Positions 35,831-46,225 of a stretch of DNA of 55,637 nt are shown here, piece after piece. The first letter of the stretch is position 1; every line of letters begins with the position of its first letter. The notes under the pieces were generated by a model. It saw only the letters and a program-made list of their open reading frames with translations, was not told where the DNA came from and ran no database searches. Source of the DNA: Klebsiella phage VB_KpM-AEV23; the sequence record OR810919.1; one strand, written 5' to 3'. A program made the position numbers and the translations under genes.

Positions 35831-38800
35831 TTATTTGCCCAGGTCGTAAATATCTGCCCCGACGCCTTTATTTTTGTACAGCAGGTACAAACTTAACCCG
35901 CGAAGAATCTCACCTGAGTAGAATCCGAAATACATCGCATTGCTTTCAGGACCTGAACCAGTACTCAGTCGTAGTGCTGGCGACCATCCGCCATCCATAA
36001 TATGACCAGGTACTCCGGTAATATCATAATGGTCTTCCAGCTCATTAACAAGCAGGTCCATCAGTCGTTCAACGCCTTTAACACTCGACCCACAAAGGGC
36101 ATCCATAGATGCACCTGCCAGCCACAAGCCACACATGTGACCAGTGAAGTCAGTAGGGTCAGGCATTGCTACACCTTCCTGAGGGAAGTTAGTAGGTGAC
36201 ACACCGCCAGACCTCTCCATAAAGTCTAGCAACCAGGTTGTCCAGTTCTCTACATACTTGACAAGTTTCGCAGGAGGTGTCTTACCGCGATTCTTCATCT
36301 CGTAAACAGCACGTGCAGCACTGAAGTAAGCACGAGGCTGATAACCAGACCAAGCGCTACCGTTCCCCCAGTGATACATAGTGAAAGTATCAGCAACGCC
36401 ATACTTGAAGTTATCCCAACGGTTCCAGATGTAGGCTGATGCACCAGGACCTAACTGACCAAATCGCTTAAAGTACCACTGCTGAGAGTCGTACAAGAAG
36501 TTGGTCATGTTCTCCATTCGCTTAGCGCCAATAGCTGTGTCATCATGCGTAAAGATGAATGGGTATTGGTAACCAGGATAAGGCATACCGTGCCAACCAT
36601 CGAACTGCTGTGATTCCGTGTTATAGATGTTTGAGAACGGAACTAACCCAGGCACGTACGCCAGGTTGTCAGGCTCATAATCAATAACTGTACAGTCACC
36701 AAGTTTAACCAAGTATGGATGCTCAGCAGAGAATGTTAAGCGATACTTGATTGTATAACCAATGTCCCAGTCATAACGAGGAGGAACATCGTTGACACAG
36801 TAGTAGCTCAGCATTGTGCTAGTCTCTACTCCGTCAGGCAGTACAAAAGAGAACTGCGGTATGTCCGTCCATGTAGGATGGTCTTTACCAGGTGTACCAG
36901 GATTCTCCTGGTATGACGCCAAAGTAAAGTCGCTGTTCTTGATAGTTATACTTGTCCAGCCACCTGCTGCAGGCAATGGACGTTCCCAGTTCCAACCCTG
37001 GTCATCAGTTGCTTTAAGCAACAGCGGACCTGTAGATGTATAAGTCAAACCAGTTAAAGGAGAACGTGAAGACTCCAGCAACCAGAAACCGATAATACCA
37101 CCAGATGAACCATCTGGGATAGTGAACTGAATAGTGTTACCGCGACGATTATCGAGAATGTCAGTGCGATATACCTGACGGACTACTGTATTCCCATAAT
37201 CAACAGCAGCTCGTATATCAGCAAGGATATACTCAGAACCATCACCTTTCTGTCCAGCAACGAAGTCACTGAGCGGAATGTCATAGTTTGTGGGTGTAGC
37301 TGCCAGAGGTGGAAGCTGAGCCACAAAACGATAGATGTTTGCATCGACGTCGACTTTCTCACGGTTCATGTACATCTCGACTTTAACGCTAATGTTACCA
37401 CCAGCATCATCGAGACCACCTGTTTCGGTGCGAATCTTCGCACTTGGTTTTACTTTAAACCAGACAGCTTGCTGCTCAAGTGATGACTGAGCAATCTCAT
37501 TTTGACGTAAATCAATATACCCATTAGCATCGCGAGAGTACAGAGCTTGTGCTTCTTCTGGATAAGACCAGTCGTAAGAAATGCCATCAGTGAACGGCGA
37601 AGACGCAGACGGGTCTTGTCGGAAGAACTGGTCTTGTCTGTCGATGTCAAGATATTCCTCCAAAGTAAATAGTACAGCTTGCCATGCGTTATAATACTTT
37701 TGCTCATTGGTAATGCGCCACAGCATATAGCAGCAGTCACAAAACCAGAGCTCGGCGTCAGCAGCGTTACCACGTTGCAGTTCACCGTGAAGCGGAACGT
37801 TAATAGGTCGGTTGTGCCATACCTCATTACGCTTCAGTAAGTAGCCACCTTTATCGACTGGCAGCTTAACAGAGTAGTTGAGCAGGTAAACACCATTGAC
37901 AGTATGGTCACGAAGCTGAATCTCACCTTTACGTGAATCAGGCAAACCAGACTCCAGAATCTCGCCGCCCCATAGTTCATCGTTCTTACCTGGCAGCACA
38001 CCGATTCTGTCGCCAGTCCATGCAACGATATATTCTATCAGCTGCAGCGGAGGTTCAGGAGAAGACCAGTCAACTGTATACGACGGTTTACCAAGGTATC
38101 GAGGCCAATCAATCCATGCTAACTGGTCTGCAGGATTTGCAGGCATGGTGGTTATACGATAGTTATCGTAAATATCATCCCAATCTACGGTATCTTGTAT
38201 AGCACGTACGCCACCGTTAATAGCAGGCCATGCCATATGTCCGCGGTGAGCCCATGTCGCCACATCCATGTACTCACCCCAAAAAGGAGAGCCCTGAGGC
38301 ACCATAGCCTTCCCATTAACAAAACGTATTGGTACGTTCTTGTAGCCACCCTGAGTTGGCTGCGAATCATTAATAGGGAAATTAGCAAGCACTGGTTCTT
38401 TGCCGTTACAAAGCCAGTTAGCAATCCAGCGCCTTGGTGTATCTGGAATAGGGTAGCCTTCGTAATAATACTTAACGTATGCGTCGAAGTACTCAATAGC
38501 TTTATCGAGGTATCGCTGTTCCTTAGTAGCCAGATAAGCATGGACTTCTCCCAGAATCAGCAAAGACTGACTCTCAGACGGAGCATCACCGTTAGGCTGA
38601 TACTCCATCATTGTATGGGCAATAAAGTGACGGTTGTTTGACACTATGCCTTCTGGGTTAAAGACATAGTGTTGTTTTGTAGCGTCGTCAGTTCTGCCCG
38701 TATTGCGTTCTAAGAAGTGATGGTGACCTTCGATAATGCTTTCAACATTAGCTCGATGGTCAGCATTCTTCATTATCAATGTATGCATTAGCCAACCCAT
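35831..38800 (-). CDS. large tail fibre/tailspike-like structural protein (989 aa)
   Basis: Size, position, Trp/Tyr-rich. Confidence 0.45.
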   Translation of the reverse strand: MGWLMHTLIMKNADHRANVESIIEGHHHFLERNTGRTDDATKQHYVFNPEGIVSNNRHFIAHTMMEYQPNGDAPSESQSLLILGEVHAYLATKEQRYLDKAIEYFDAYVKYYYEGYPIPDTPRRWIANWLCNGKEPVLANFPINDSQPTQGGYKNVPIRFVNGKAMVPQGSPFWGEYMDVATWAHRGHMAWPAINGGVRAIQDTVDWDDIYDNYRITTMPANPADQLAWIDWPRYLGKPSYTVDWSSPEPPLQLIEYIVAWTGDRIGVLPGKNDELWGGEILESGLPDSRKGEIQLRDHTVNGVYLLNYSVKLPVDKGGYLLKRNEVWHNRPINVPLHGELQRGNAADAELWFCDCCYMLWRITNEQKYYNAWQAVLFTLEEYLDIDRQDQFFRQDPSASSPFTDGISYDWSYPEEAQALYSRDANGYIDLRQNEIAQSSLEQQAVWFKVKPSAKIRTETGGLDDAGGNISVKVEMYMNREKVDVDANIYRFVAQLPPLAATPTNYDIPLSDFVAGQKGDGSEYILADIRAAVDYGNTVVRQVYRTDILDNRRGNTIQFTIPDGSSGGIIGFWLLESSRSPLTGLTYTSTGPLLLKATDDQGWNWERPLPAAGGWTSITIKNSDFTLASYQENPGTPGKDHPTWTDIPQFSFVLPDGVETSTMLSYYCVNDVPPRYDWDIGYTIKYRLTFSAEHPYLVKLGDCTVIDYEPDNLAYVPGLVPFSNIYNTESQQFDGWHGMPYPGYQYPFIFTHDDTAIGAKRMENMTNFLYDSQQWYFKRFGQLGPGASAYIWNRWDNFKYGVADTFTMYHWGNGSAWSGYQPRAYFSAARAVYEMKNRGKTPPAKLVKYVENWTTWLLDFMERSGGVSPTNFPQEGVAMPDPTDFTGHMCGLWLAGASMDALCGSSVKGVERLMDLLVNELEDHYDITGVPGHIMDGGWSPALRLSTGSGPESNAMYFGFYSGEILRGLSLYLLYKNKGVGADIYDLGK

Positions 38801-39408
38801 CCACCGTTAAAGAAGCCAGTCCATGTGTTACCGGAGTCACGGGTAATAAGCGTAACAAAGTCCTCGTAACCCACAAGGAATGAAAGCACGGGCTTTCTGT
38901 TGTTTGCCCATTTGATACGCGAGTCCCAGGTAGCTTTGTTGGAACCTGTGCCCTGCTTCAGAGCAATAGTAATCTGACGGGCTATAGTAGCTGGGTCAGT
39001 TACAGCGCCAATATTAATCTGAGTAGTTACAGCATTGAGCGTAACGTTAACAACAGTTTTAGATGAAGCAGGTATGGTAACAGTCGGCGCACTTGCTACG
39101 TTACCAAAAGCATACAGTGCTGAGGTAGAAGAGTTGGAAGCGGATGCAGCCGCGTCTTCTGCCTTTTGCTGTGCTAACTGAGCTGCATCCCTGGCCGCTC
39201 GTGCTTCAATAGCTGCCTGGTTAGCATCTTCGAAGTTTGGAATAGCTTCGTTGATTGCCTCGTTAATACCTTCCAGGGTACGGATTACACCGCCTTCTGG
39301 GTTAGGTATGCTTGGGTCGTCAGACATACCAAAGTCATGGATAAGCTGAACCGCAACAGTTAGCTTATCAAGCTGTGCTTGCAAATCCGGGTCGATTGCT
39401 GTTGCCAT
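38788..39408 (-). CDS. virion structural protein
   Basis: Position only. Confidence 0.35.
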   Translation of the reverse strand: MATAIDPDLQAQLDKLTVAVQLIHDFGMSDDPSIPNPEGGVIRTLEGINEAINEAIPNFEDANQAAIEARAARDAAQLAQQKAEDAAASASNSSTSALYAFGNVASAPTVTIPASSKTVVNVTLNAVTTQINIGAVTDPATIARQITIALKQGTGSNKATWDSRIKWANNRKPVLSFLVGYEDFVTLITRDSGNTWTGFFNGGWVG

Positions 39409-39935
39409 TACGGCACCTCAACTGTTCCAGTGGCTTTCCCGCCGTTATCATCAACACAAGTAATATCAACCTTGTAAATGTACGGCTGATTAATAATAAC
39501 TTTGTGCACGTAAGTAATCTCAAGAGTCAATAAAGTCTTTTGAGCGTAGCCTGCACCTATTGCACCGCCTACGTTTTTCAGTGGCGACATTTTAGTTATT
39601 GCAAAGTGGCGCAGTCTGTTAAATTGTTTAGCTGGTGAACTACCAAGCGCCACACGAAGTTTGCGCATGATAGCGTCTGAGTTCTTGCCTACAGCTGTGA
39701 CTTTAACGTCAATAACCATAGGCTGTACAACTGTCTCCATGCCTTGGTCGTCTTGATAAGTACGAGCAGGTCCAAAGTCGTCAGCATCACCAGGTTTAAG
39801 GTAGATGTATGGCTGGCCATCTACTGTGCCAGACTCTTCGCCAACAATACAGGAACCATCAGGTAACTGTAAAAGCTGTCGCACGAGCTCCCTGAGGTCC
39901 AATATGGAGAACTGCTGTAACGTAGTAGTGGCCAT
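39408..39935 (-). CDS. virion structural protein (start at internal Met with RBS ggag)
   Basis: Overlaps the upstream ORF by about 77 nt. Confidence 0.3.
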   Translation of the reverse strand: MATTTLQQFSILDLRELVRQLLQLPDGSCIVGEESGTVDGQPYIYLKPGDADDFGPARTYQDDQGMETVVQPMVIDVKVTAVGKNSDAIMRKLRVALGSSPAKQFNRLRHFAITKMSPLKNVGGAIGAGYAQKTLLTLEITYVHKVIINQPYIYKVDITCVDDNGGKATGTVEVP

Positions 39936-40236
39936 GACGACTCCATGGGTCGATTCGGAATACACGATATGGCTGTGACTCATAGATAACAAAGTCACCT
40001 AGCTTAAGCTCTTGATTGCTGTAAACAGCAATTCGTGGGAACTCATGCTCACCATCATCTTTTGTCAGCAGGTTAGGCTGGTTAGTAGCTGCACCAGGCT
40101 GAATGTTGCAAAGGTATACTTTGGGTTCGTATTCGTCCTCAAAGTCACCATTGGGTTTACGTGTGTCATTACGAAGCAGTACATCAGTCTTCGTAACAAA
40201 CAACTTGTCTTTCAACAGAGAGGTAATCTTAAGCAT
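39859..40236 (-). CDS. head-tail joining/tail completion protein
   Basis: Position only. Confidence 0.35.
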   Translation of the reverse strand: MLKITSLLKDKLFVTKTDVLLRNDTRKPNGDFEDEYEPKVYLCNIQPGAATNQPNLLTKDDGEHEFPRIAVYSNQELKLGDFVIYESQPYRVFRIDPWSRHGHYYVTAVLHIGPQGARATAFTVT

Positions 40237-40729
40237 TATTTACTAGCCTCCAGTTTCTACCAACCTTGTATCCTATGGATTCGTACAACTCCATAGATTC
40301 GCGGAGGGTACCTGGTCCAGTTTTCTTTCGTTCTGTTTCTGGTTTGAGCGGTGGCGGTATGTTCTCGCGCATCCTGGCACGTACAGCTTCTACAAGCATT
40401 TGACCTATCTGGTCGTTAAGCTGTTCGGCTGTCATGTCACCTCGCAGTACAGCAGGAACACCTTCTTTAAACGCTCTGTTGATTGCCTTACGGCCTTTTC
40501 CTCGTCCACCTACAGCTGAACGCAGGAAGCTACGCTCAGGTACGTTGTTCAAACCATACTCGTGAACCATTGCGAGCTCAGCATTACCTATACCATCTTT
40601 GGGGTCGCTTCGGCGGTTCTTATCTGTGTGAACACCTACCGTCACACCTTGTCCGTTGAACGACTTGAATGCTCGGTAGGTAAATTCGAACTTCTGTTTG
40701 TCGCGACGTTCAAGGCGTATGCGAAACAT
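40229..40729 (-). CDS. head closure/virion morphogenesis protein
   Basis: Position only. Confidence 0.4.
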   Translation of the reverse strand: MFRIRLERRDKQKFEFTYRAFKSFNGQGVTVGVHTDKNRRSDPKDGIGNAELAMVHEYGLNNVPERSFLRSAVGGRGKGRKAINRAFKEGVPAVLRGDMTAEQLNDQIGQMLVEAVRARMRENIPPPLKPETERKKTGPGTLRESMELYESIGYKVGRNWRLVNNA

Positions 40730-41310
40730 TACACCCTCCGAGTTCTCAGCATTGCACCCACAAGGTGTTTAAGCAGGGCGCGAGTATCTGTAATCCAGTC
40801 TGATGAAGCACCAGTTACACCAGACTTGGAGTCGAAGTATTCAATCTCCAGGTTACCGACCTTCTTACGACGCAACGCCTGGTCGCCACGAACACCTTCT
40901 TCACTTGCTGCTGTAAGCTTATCTGCAAGCAAGTAAAGCTGTGCTAGCTTGACCTCACGTGGTATAACGTTTTCAGCAATATCGATATTACAGCAACCAA
41001 GACCTGTGCGAGGCCATGCCATAGGTTGTGTCTTACTTACCTTGAAACCAATCCAGTTGTACTGAGTATCAAGTTTGATTGCTGCTTTAGCTGCCTGGTA
41101 GTACGGGTCAACACCTGGTTCAAGAATGATGCCTTCATTTGTGATGAACTCATCAATCTCTTGAGTGTTAACATATGAATTTGCGCCTGGGACGATTGTA
41201 CCGTCTTCGACAATAATGTTGTAAGCCATCAACCAATCCTCCAGCAAGTTTAGTCCGATTATACACCAGAACTTTATTGCTGTAAATAAAAAAGGCGTGC
41301 TCGTCAGCAC
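40729..41310 (-). CDS. head-tail adaptor/head completion protein
   Basis: Position only. ATGA coupling to the next gene. Confidence 0.4.
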   Translation of the reverse strand: MLTSTPFLFTAIKFWCIIGLNLLEDWLMAYNIIVEDGTIVPGANSYVNTQEIDEFITNEGIILEPGVDPYYQAAKAAIKLDTQYNWIGFKVSKTQPMAWPRTGLGCCNIDIAENVIPREVKLAQLYLLADKLTAASEEGVRGDQALRRKKVGNLEIEYFDSKSGVTGASSDWITDTRALLKHLVGAMLRTRRV

Positions 41311-41336
41311 GCCTTTTGTTAGTCCCGTTTGTGGGT

Positions 41337-42314
41337 TTAGATTGCAGACTTCGCAGTCAACATAACACCAGCGGTGTCTTTGTTGGAAGTCGCAACTTTA
41401 GACCAGGAAGCAGCATCTGCCAGGTCTGCGTCAGTCGGAGACTGACCAGCTTTGTGACCGACCCAGCTGTAGCCTTTCAGCGACACGTTGAAGTCGTATT
41501 CACCCTGCATCTGACGGAGGATGTTCTCACCACCAGTCTGCTCAGAGGTCACCATGTCGTACAGGCCACCAACCTGAACGATAGCAGCCGACGGAGTCAG
41601 GCCCAGAACGTGGTACTTGGCGGTAGCGCCAGAACCATCAACCAGGGACGGAATGTCGGAGATGACATAACGACGACCCAGGAAGTCTTTGTACACGTTC
41701 AGGTCACCAATCTGGAACAGGTGTTCCGTGTTGTTGATAGCCTGGTCGATGAGGGAGTGGAACGCAGTAGAGTGCATGATGTACGCACGAATCTGCTGAG
41801 AACGGTCACCCATTTTCGCGTTGACTTTGTTCAGGTTCTGCATGGTAACGTTTGCAGCGGTACCAGAAGCAGAAGTAACGTCCAGAACAACATCGGCGTT
41901 GTTACCGATAGAAGCTACCAGACACGCAGCAGTGGTGTTCAGGTAATCCTGGAACATTGCGGCAGAAGCCTGCGCAGCAACAACAGCAGCCGGCTCAGAG
42001 TCACCAGCACCGATGCGGCGCATCATGGTAGAGGTGATGTTCAGAGGACCAACGCGGCCGTCGATTTTAACAGAGCGGTCCAGAATCTGACCCAGAGTCT
42101 GAGCGCTAACTTTGTTGGTACCCGCATACGCGTTACGGCGGTTAGCGATACCATCAACCAGCTGCCACATGGCCTGCTCAACGTAATCACCGATTACGTA
42201 CTGGTTACCCAGGATGAGGGTGCCGGCGGAAGCTTCGTTAAACTTCTGTACGTCCTGGTCGACCAGCTCGGTAGCTGTGGAACGTACCTGTTCGTTAAAG
42301 ATATACAGTGACAT
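41337..42314 (-). CDS. major capsid protein
   Basis: 325 aa between the scaffold and head completion genes. Intrinsic terminator at 41283-41320. Confidence 0.7.
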   Translation of the reverse strand: MSLYIFNEQVRSTATELVDQDVQKFNEASAGTLILGNQYVIGDYVEQAMWQLVDGIANRRNAYAGTNKVSAQTLGQILDRSVKIDGRVGPLNITSTMMRRIGAGDSEPAAVVAAQASAAMFQDYLNTTAACLVASIGNNADVVLDVTSASGTAANVTMQNLNKVNAKMGDRSQQIRAYIMHSTAFHSLIDQAINNTEHLFQIGDLNVYKDFLGRRYVISDIPSLVDGSGATAKYHVLGLTPSAAIVQVGGLYDMVTSEQTGGENILRQMQGEYDFNVSLKGYSWVGHKAGQSPTDADLADAASWSKVATSNKDTAGVMLTAKSAI

Positions 42315-42317
42315 ATT

Positions 42318-43034
42318 TTATTTGCCCCATTGAGTATTTTGAATTTTAGCACGAGCACGTGCTACGCGGTCGTCCCCGCCCCCAAAGGAGTGCTGTTGTT
42401 CACCATTGCCGTTCCCACCAGGATTAGCTCCGCCGCCGTTGGCACCGCCACCGCCAGCCTTGGTTCCACGCACAAGAGGTGCAAACTGCTTATCAGCGCG
42501 CATGTGCTCAACGAGCTCATCCGGCGTGGTAGCAGTCGGGTTACCCATGACATCAACAACAGAGGTACGCCACTTACCATCAATCTCTTGAGCGCGCAGT
42601 CGAGATTTGATGTGCGGCATAATCAGTGCTGGTGTGTCAGAGAGTTCGTTTGCCAGACGCATTGCCAGGTTATCAACCATTTGGCTTTCGAGTTGCGCCT
42701 GCAGTAATGCTGTGCGACTGTTCGCATTTTCGATGTCAGCCTGGTGCTTTTCACGCAGAGAACGTTCCAGCGACTCAACGTCACGGTCGCGGCGAGCACG
42801 TTCTTCTTCAGCCAGACGAGCACGTTCAGCTTCTTTTTTCTTTTCTTCGAGAAGCTTTTTGGTGTGCTGTTCCATACGCTGTTTTTCTTTGCGCAGCTCT
42901 TCCAGCTCTTTGGTGGTTTTCTCGTCAGGCTCAACGTCCAGACGGTACGCACCAGAAGCATCGTCTTTGACGTACAGGCCACGGAAGCCTTCGTCAATTT
43001 CGTTCAGGTCAGTTACAACTGTTTTAAGTGCCAT
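42318..43034 (-). CDS. scaffolding protein
   Basis: Charged and helical (E/K/R-rich) with a Gly-rich C-terminus. Located between portal and capsid genes. Confidence 0.55.
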   Translation of the reverse strand: MALKTVVTDLNEIDEGFRGLYVKDDASGAYRLDVEPDEKTTKELEELRKEKQRMEQHTKKLLEEKKKEAERARLAEEERARRDRDVESLERSLREKHQADIENANSRTALLQAQLESQMVDNLAMRLANELSDTPALIMPHIKSRLRAQEIDGKWRTSVVDVMGNPTATTPDELVEHMRADKQFAPLVRGTKAGGGGANGGGANPGGNGNGEQQHSFGGGDDRVARARAKIQNTQWGK

Positions 43035-43212
43035 AATATTTTCAATCCTATATGAGAGGGGCTCAATCCACTCAAGTGGGCTCCGAACAGGTTTGGGTCA
43101 AACCGCGCAGCCAGCCATCCGAAATCCACTGAGCCCTGCAGACTCTCGTGGCCGGCTGTTGCGCGGTTGACAAAACGGATTATATAACCCAGTAAGCATA
43201 AAGTAAATAGCT
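43035..43212 (-). promoter_or_regulatory. GC-rich structured intergenic RNA element between the portal and scaffold genes
   Basis: Long-range complementarity: GGGCTCA with TGAGCCC, and aaccgcgca with tgcgcggtt. Confidence 0.4.
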
Positions 43213-44775
43213 TTACTCAACTTTTTCTGGATTATTTTCTTCCCCATTGTTGTTCTTAGCTGCTTGAGCATTCTTTTCAGCTTCTTTTGCTACTTCCCGT
43301 GCGTCACGTTCAGCCATCTCTTCGTCAATGGCTTTCTTCGCTTCATCATCAGTAAGTTTAGCAATGCCAGCTTGTTTCAGGTTGCTACGCATTTCGGTGA
43401 AGGTGATTGCACCTGCGAGCCATTCATTTACTAGCTGCTGACGTTCCTGATATGTCATCTGGCTGTAGATAAAGTTATAGCTCAGGTTGATAGTCAGTTC
43501 TTTGGGGTCATGCCCGTAGAACAGAGCGCACCAACCAAGTGCTTCACGATATGCTGCTTCAACGTTTTGCGCAACAGTTACGATTAACGAGGCTTCAGAT
43601 GCTGCTTCGTTTTTAATTTCAACTTCACGACGTTCTACTTTACCGTTCTCACGAATCAGTCGAGCACCGATAGCAATCATCTGCGCTTCTTTCTGTTTCA
43701 TTGCTTCGAACGGCTGGGTGTTAGGGCTTGTCTGAATCATGCCCACAGCAGCATTAGCTGGCAGCGGAATACCGCCGTACGAACCAAGACGCAGTTCACC
43801 CTTGAGAACATCTTCTACCCATGCTTCTGTCAGACCAGACGCCCATACTGTGGGCTGACCTGTGATAAAGCATGATTCTTCGTAGTCAGCTGAGTTACGG
43901 TAGTGCGCGATGTTCAGCACAGCCAGGTCATACATTGGCGGCGGGTCAATCTCAGCACTGTTGGTTTCAGAACCAATGAACTTGAACGGGATAAACTTGA
44001 GAGGCTTACCGTTCGAGTCTTTCATAACTGCAGTCTGCTGTGCAACATACAGCGCGCCGCCAGAAACGTTCTCAGCTTTGGGGTCACCTTTGTTAACCCA
44101 GATTGTTTGTGTGCAATCACCATTGCTGTCAAGGAACAGGTGGCGCCACACAGGAGTATAGTCCTGCTGGAATCCGTCTGTAACGCCAGGAATCTGCTCA
44201 CAGATAACTACCTGAGTCAGTACAACTTTACCTTCGCGATACTCTTCACGCCAGTTAATGACTTGCCACGGCATGTACAGTGTAACAGTAGGTTGTACTG
44301 TACCATCCATCAGCTCTTGGCGAGTAAAACCAAGTTGCTTGCCTTCGCTGTCGACACGAGCCGGCGGGAAGTCAGTAAGTATACCTGCGCGACCAAAGGC
44401 CAATACAGATTTAAAGCAACGGCGCATCTGCTGGATTGCACCAATACCAGCACCATCGATATTTACACGCAGGACTTCCATATCATCCGGCATGAGCATC
44501 TCAGGTGGCTGCTGGAAAACAAGACCAGTCATACCTGACAGGGTACGCTGCAGCACGTTATAGAATACAGCACGCTCAAGGTACTGTTCATAACGGCGAA
44601 TGTTTTCCGCCGTACAGTTAGTAGGGTCTGGCTGCGGAAGATAAAACGTTTTACGACGTTTAACAGCCTGCTGGCCTTCAATACAATCTTTAATCATATT
44701 GTATTTGCCAGAATTCTTCGTTAGCTCAGGACGTTGGTAACCAACATTCGGAGTAGTCGCTGAAGGTATTGACAT
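43213..44775 (-). CDS. portal protein
   Basis: 520 aa directly after the large terminase gene. Confidence 0.6.
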   Translation of the reverse strand: MSIPSATTPNVGYQRPELTKNSGKYNMIKDCIEGQQAVKRRKTFYLPQPDPTNCTAENIRRYEQYLERAVFYNVLQRTLSGMTGLVFQQPPEMLMPDDMEVLRVNIDGAGIGAIQQMRRCFKSVLAFGRAGILTDFPPARVDSEGKQLGFTRQELMDGTVQPTVTLYMPWQVINWREEYREGKVVLTQVVICEQIPGVTDGFQQDYTPVWRHLFLDSNGDCTQTIWVNKGDPKAENVSGGALYVAQQTAVMKDSNGKPLKFIPFKFIGSETNSAEIDPPPMYDLAVLNIAHYRNSADYEESCFITGQPTVWASGLTEAWVEDVLKGELRLGSYGGIPLPANAAVGMIQTSPNTQPFEAMKQKEAQMIAIGARLIRENGKVERREVEIKNEAASEASLIVTVAQNVEAAYREALGWCALFYGHDPKELTINLSYNFIYSQMTYQERQQLVNEWLAGAITFTEMRSNLKQAGIAKLTDDEAKKAIDEEMAERDAREVAKEAEKNAQAAKNNNGEENNPEKVE

Positions 44776-44776
44776 T

Positions 44777-46225
44777 TTACCGTCCCATATTAATCTTGAT
44801 TGATGTAGTATAACGGTTGATACCTCTTACAACCATGTAACGACAATCATCATATACGTGGTCTTCCGAGTTGGTATCTACGTCCTCAGTGTTGTTCTTA
44901 TCACGAGGAAGAACTGGCAACGTGTTTATTGCTGCCGGACAGTTTTCCATGAAATAAATACCCGGCTTTTCCGTTTCGTCCATCTTAACATTTTTCAGGA
45001 GCTGACGGAATAGCTCGAGGCCATTTATTCTCGACCCTTGCGATTTATCGGCTTTGACCCAGGTTACTCCGGCGTCTTCCATTTTCTTCGCAATAGTCTC
45101 CACGTCCTTCTCTTTGCTCGCGTAGATTTGACCATCAGCAGGACCTGCGTTGACATTACTATCTATCCATCCGCCAGCTTGCAGGTTCTCCTGGATTCGG
45201 AGAATACCTTCAGCAACTTCTACGGCGGACAGCTTAATACCTTTGTTAGCTTCTTTTTCAGAACAACCATACCACTCAGCAATACGGATAATAGAGCCGC
45301 GCGGTATATAGTACTCATTGCCTTCGTCGTCCATAAGAGGCGCGCCGTTAGCAATTGCCCAGAAGCCGACAGAGAACGGGTGAGTAGAACCCCAGTCAAG
45401 AGAACGTTCAATTGTCCATCCGCGAGGTATACGCATACGAGGTATGATACATTTAGTCGACCATACATCGTCGAGTGCACCACCAGCAACAATATCCCAG
45501 TCACCTTCTTTCATTGCAGACACAAGAGCAGGGTCACCCAGACCTTCAAGACGGTCGCCGTAGTCAGGGTCGTTTTCCATCAGTGTCGGGTTATCAGTCA
45601 TTTTAGCTGGGATGTACTGTCGAGCCATACCACCTTCGCGTTTGTCCTGCTTAACAATCTTCATCGGAGGAGCAGCAGTTACAAACGTACGCTTAACCCA
45701 GTTGTGTCCTACGCCGCCGGGGTTCGACCCACAAAAGATGAGAGGCAGCGGCCGGAAGAAATTCTCAGGTACCTTCAGTGCACCGAGTCGAACACGGTTA
45801 CGAAGGAATCGATACATCGTTTCTGAGAAGTGAGTAAGCTCATCCATCAGCAGAACGTGAATCTCAGCACCCTGGTAGGTATAGATGTCTTTCTCATACT
45901 GCAGGTGACACAGCTTGATGTTTGCGCCATTCCAGAACTTGATTGTGTTGCTGGAATAGTTAATCTTACACTTGCCGGCTTTACACATGCCATCCAGCAA
46001 AGCAGGATAACTTGTGGGTCCAACCATATGGTTAGCAGTCAAGTCATTATAGTTGCGTCGGAACAGATAAATCTGCAAGTCAGGAATCATGCAGCACATA
46101 ATGATGGACATTACGCGCATAAGGTGGGACTTGCCACCACCTGCAGCACCGCCGTACAGAATCTCAGTTGCCTGAGACTGCAGAGCGGCACCTTGTCTGT
46201 CGTGCAGGTGGAAGTCGAGATTCAT
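44777..46225 (-). CDS. terL: terminase large subunit
   Basis: Walker A GGAAGGGKS, Walker B LLMDE, C-terminal nuclease domain. Confidence 0.85.
   Translation of the reverse strand: MNLDFHLHDRQGAALQSQATEILYGGAAGGGKSHLMRVMSIIMCCMIPDLQIYLFRRNYNDLTANHMVGPTSYPALLDGMCKAGKCKINYSSNTIKFWNGANIKLCHLQYEKDIYTYQGAEIHVLLMDELTHFSETMYRFLRNRVRLGALKVPENFFRPLPLIFCGSNPGGVGHNWVKRTFVTAAPPMKIVKQDKREGGMARQYIPAKMTDNPTLMENDPDYGDRLEGLGDPALVSAMKEGDWDIVAGGALDDVWSTKCIIPRMRIPRGWTIERSLDWGSTHPFSVGFWAIANGAPLMDDEGNEYYIPRGSIIRIAEWYGCSEKEANKGIKLSAVEVAEGILRIQENLQAGGWIDSNVNAGPADGQIYASKEKDVETIAKKMEDAGVTWVKADKSQGSRINGLELFRQLLKNVKMDETEKPGIYFMENCPAAINTLPVLPRDKNNTEDVDTNSEDHVYDDCRYMVVRGINRYTTSIKINMGR

Noticed and set aside
22327-38800. 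Diversity-generating retroelement targeting fibre or Ig-like genes
   Set aside because: No reverse transcriptase ORF. The only near-identical repeat is the 77-bp tandem duplication, with no A-specific template/variable-repeat pattern.
41316-42311. 331-aa plus-strand ORF
   Set aside because: Antisense shadow of the major capsid gene. Low-complexity V/T/R-rich translation, no RBS.
42330-43170. Several plus or minus ORFs overlapping the scaffold gene
   Set aside because: Low-complexity S/R/A-rich shadows of the charged scaffold coding sequence.
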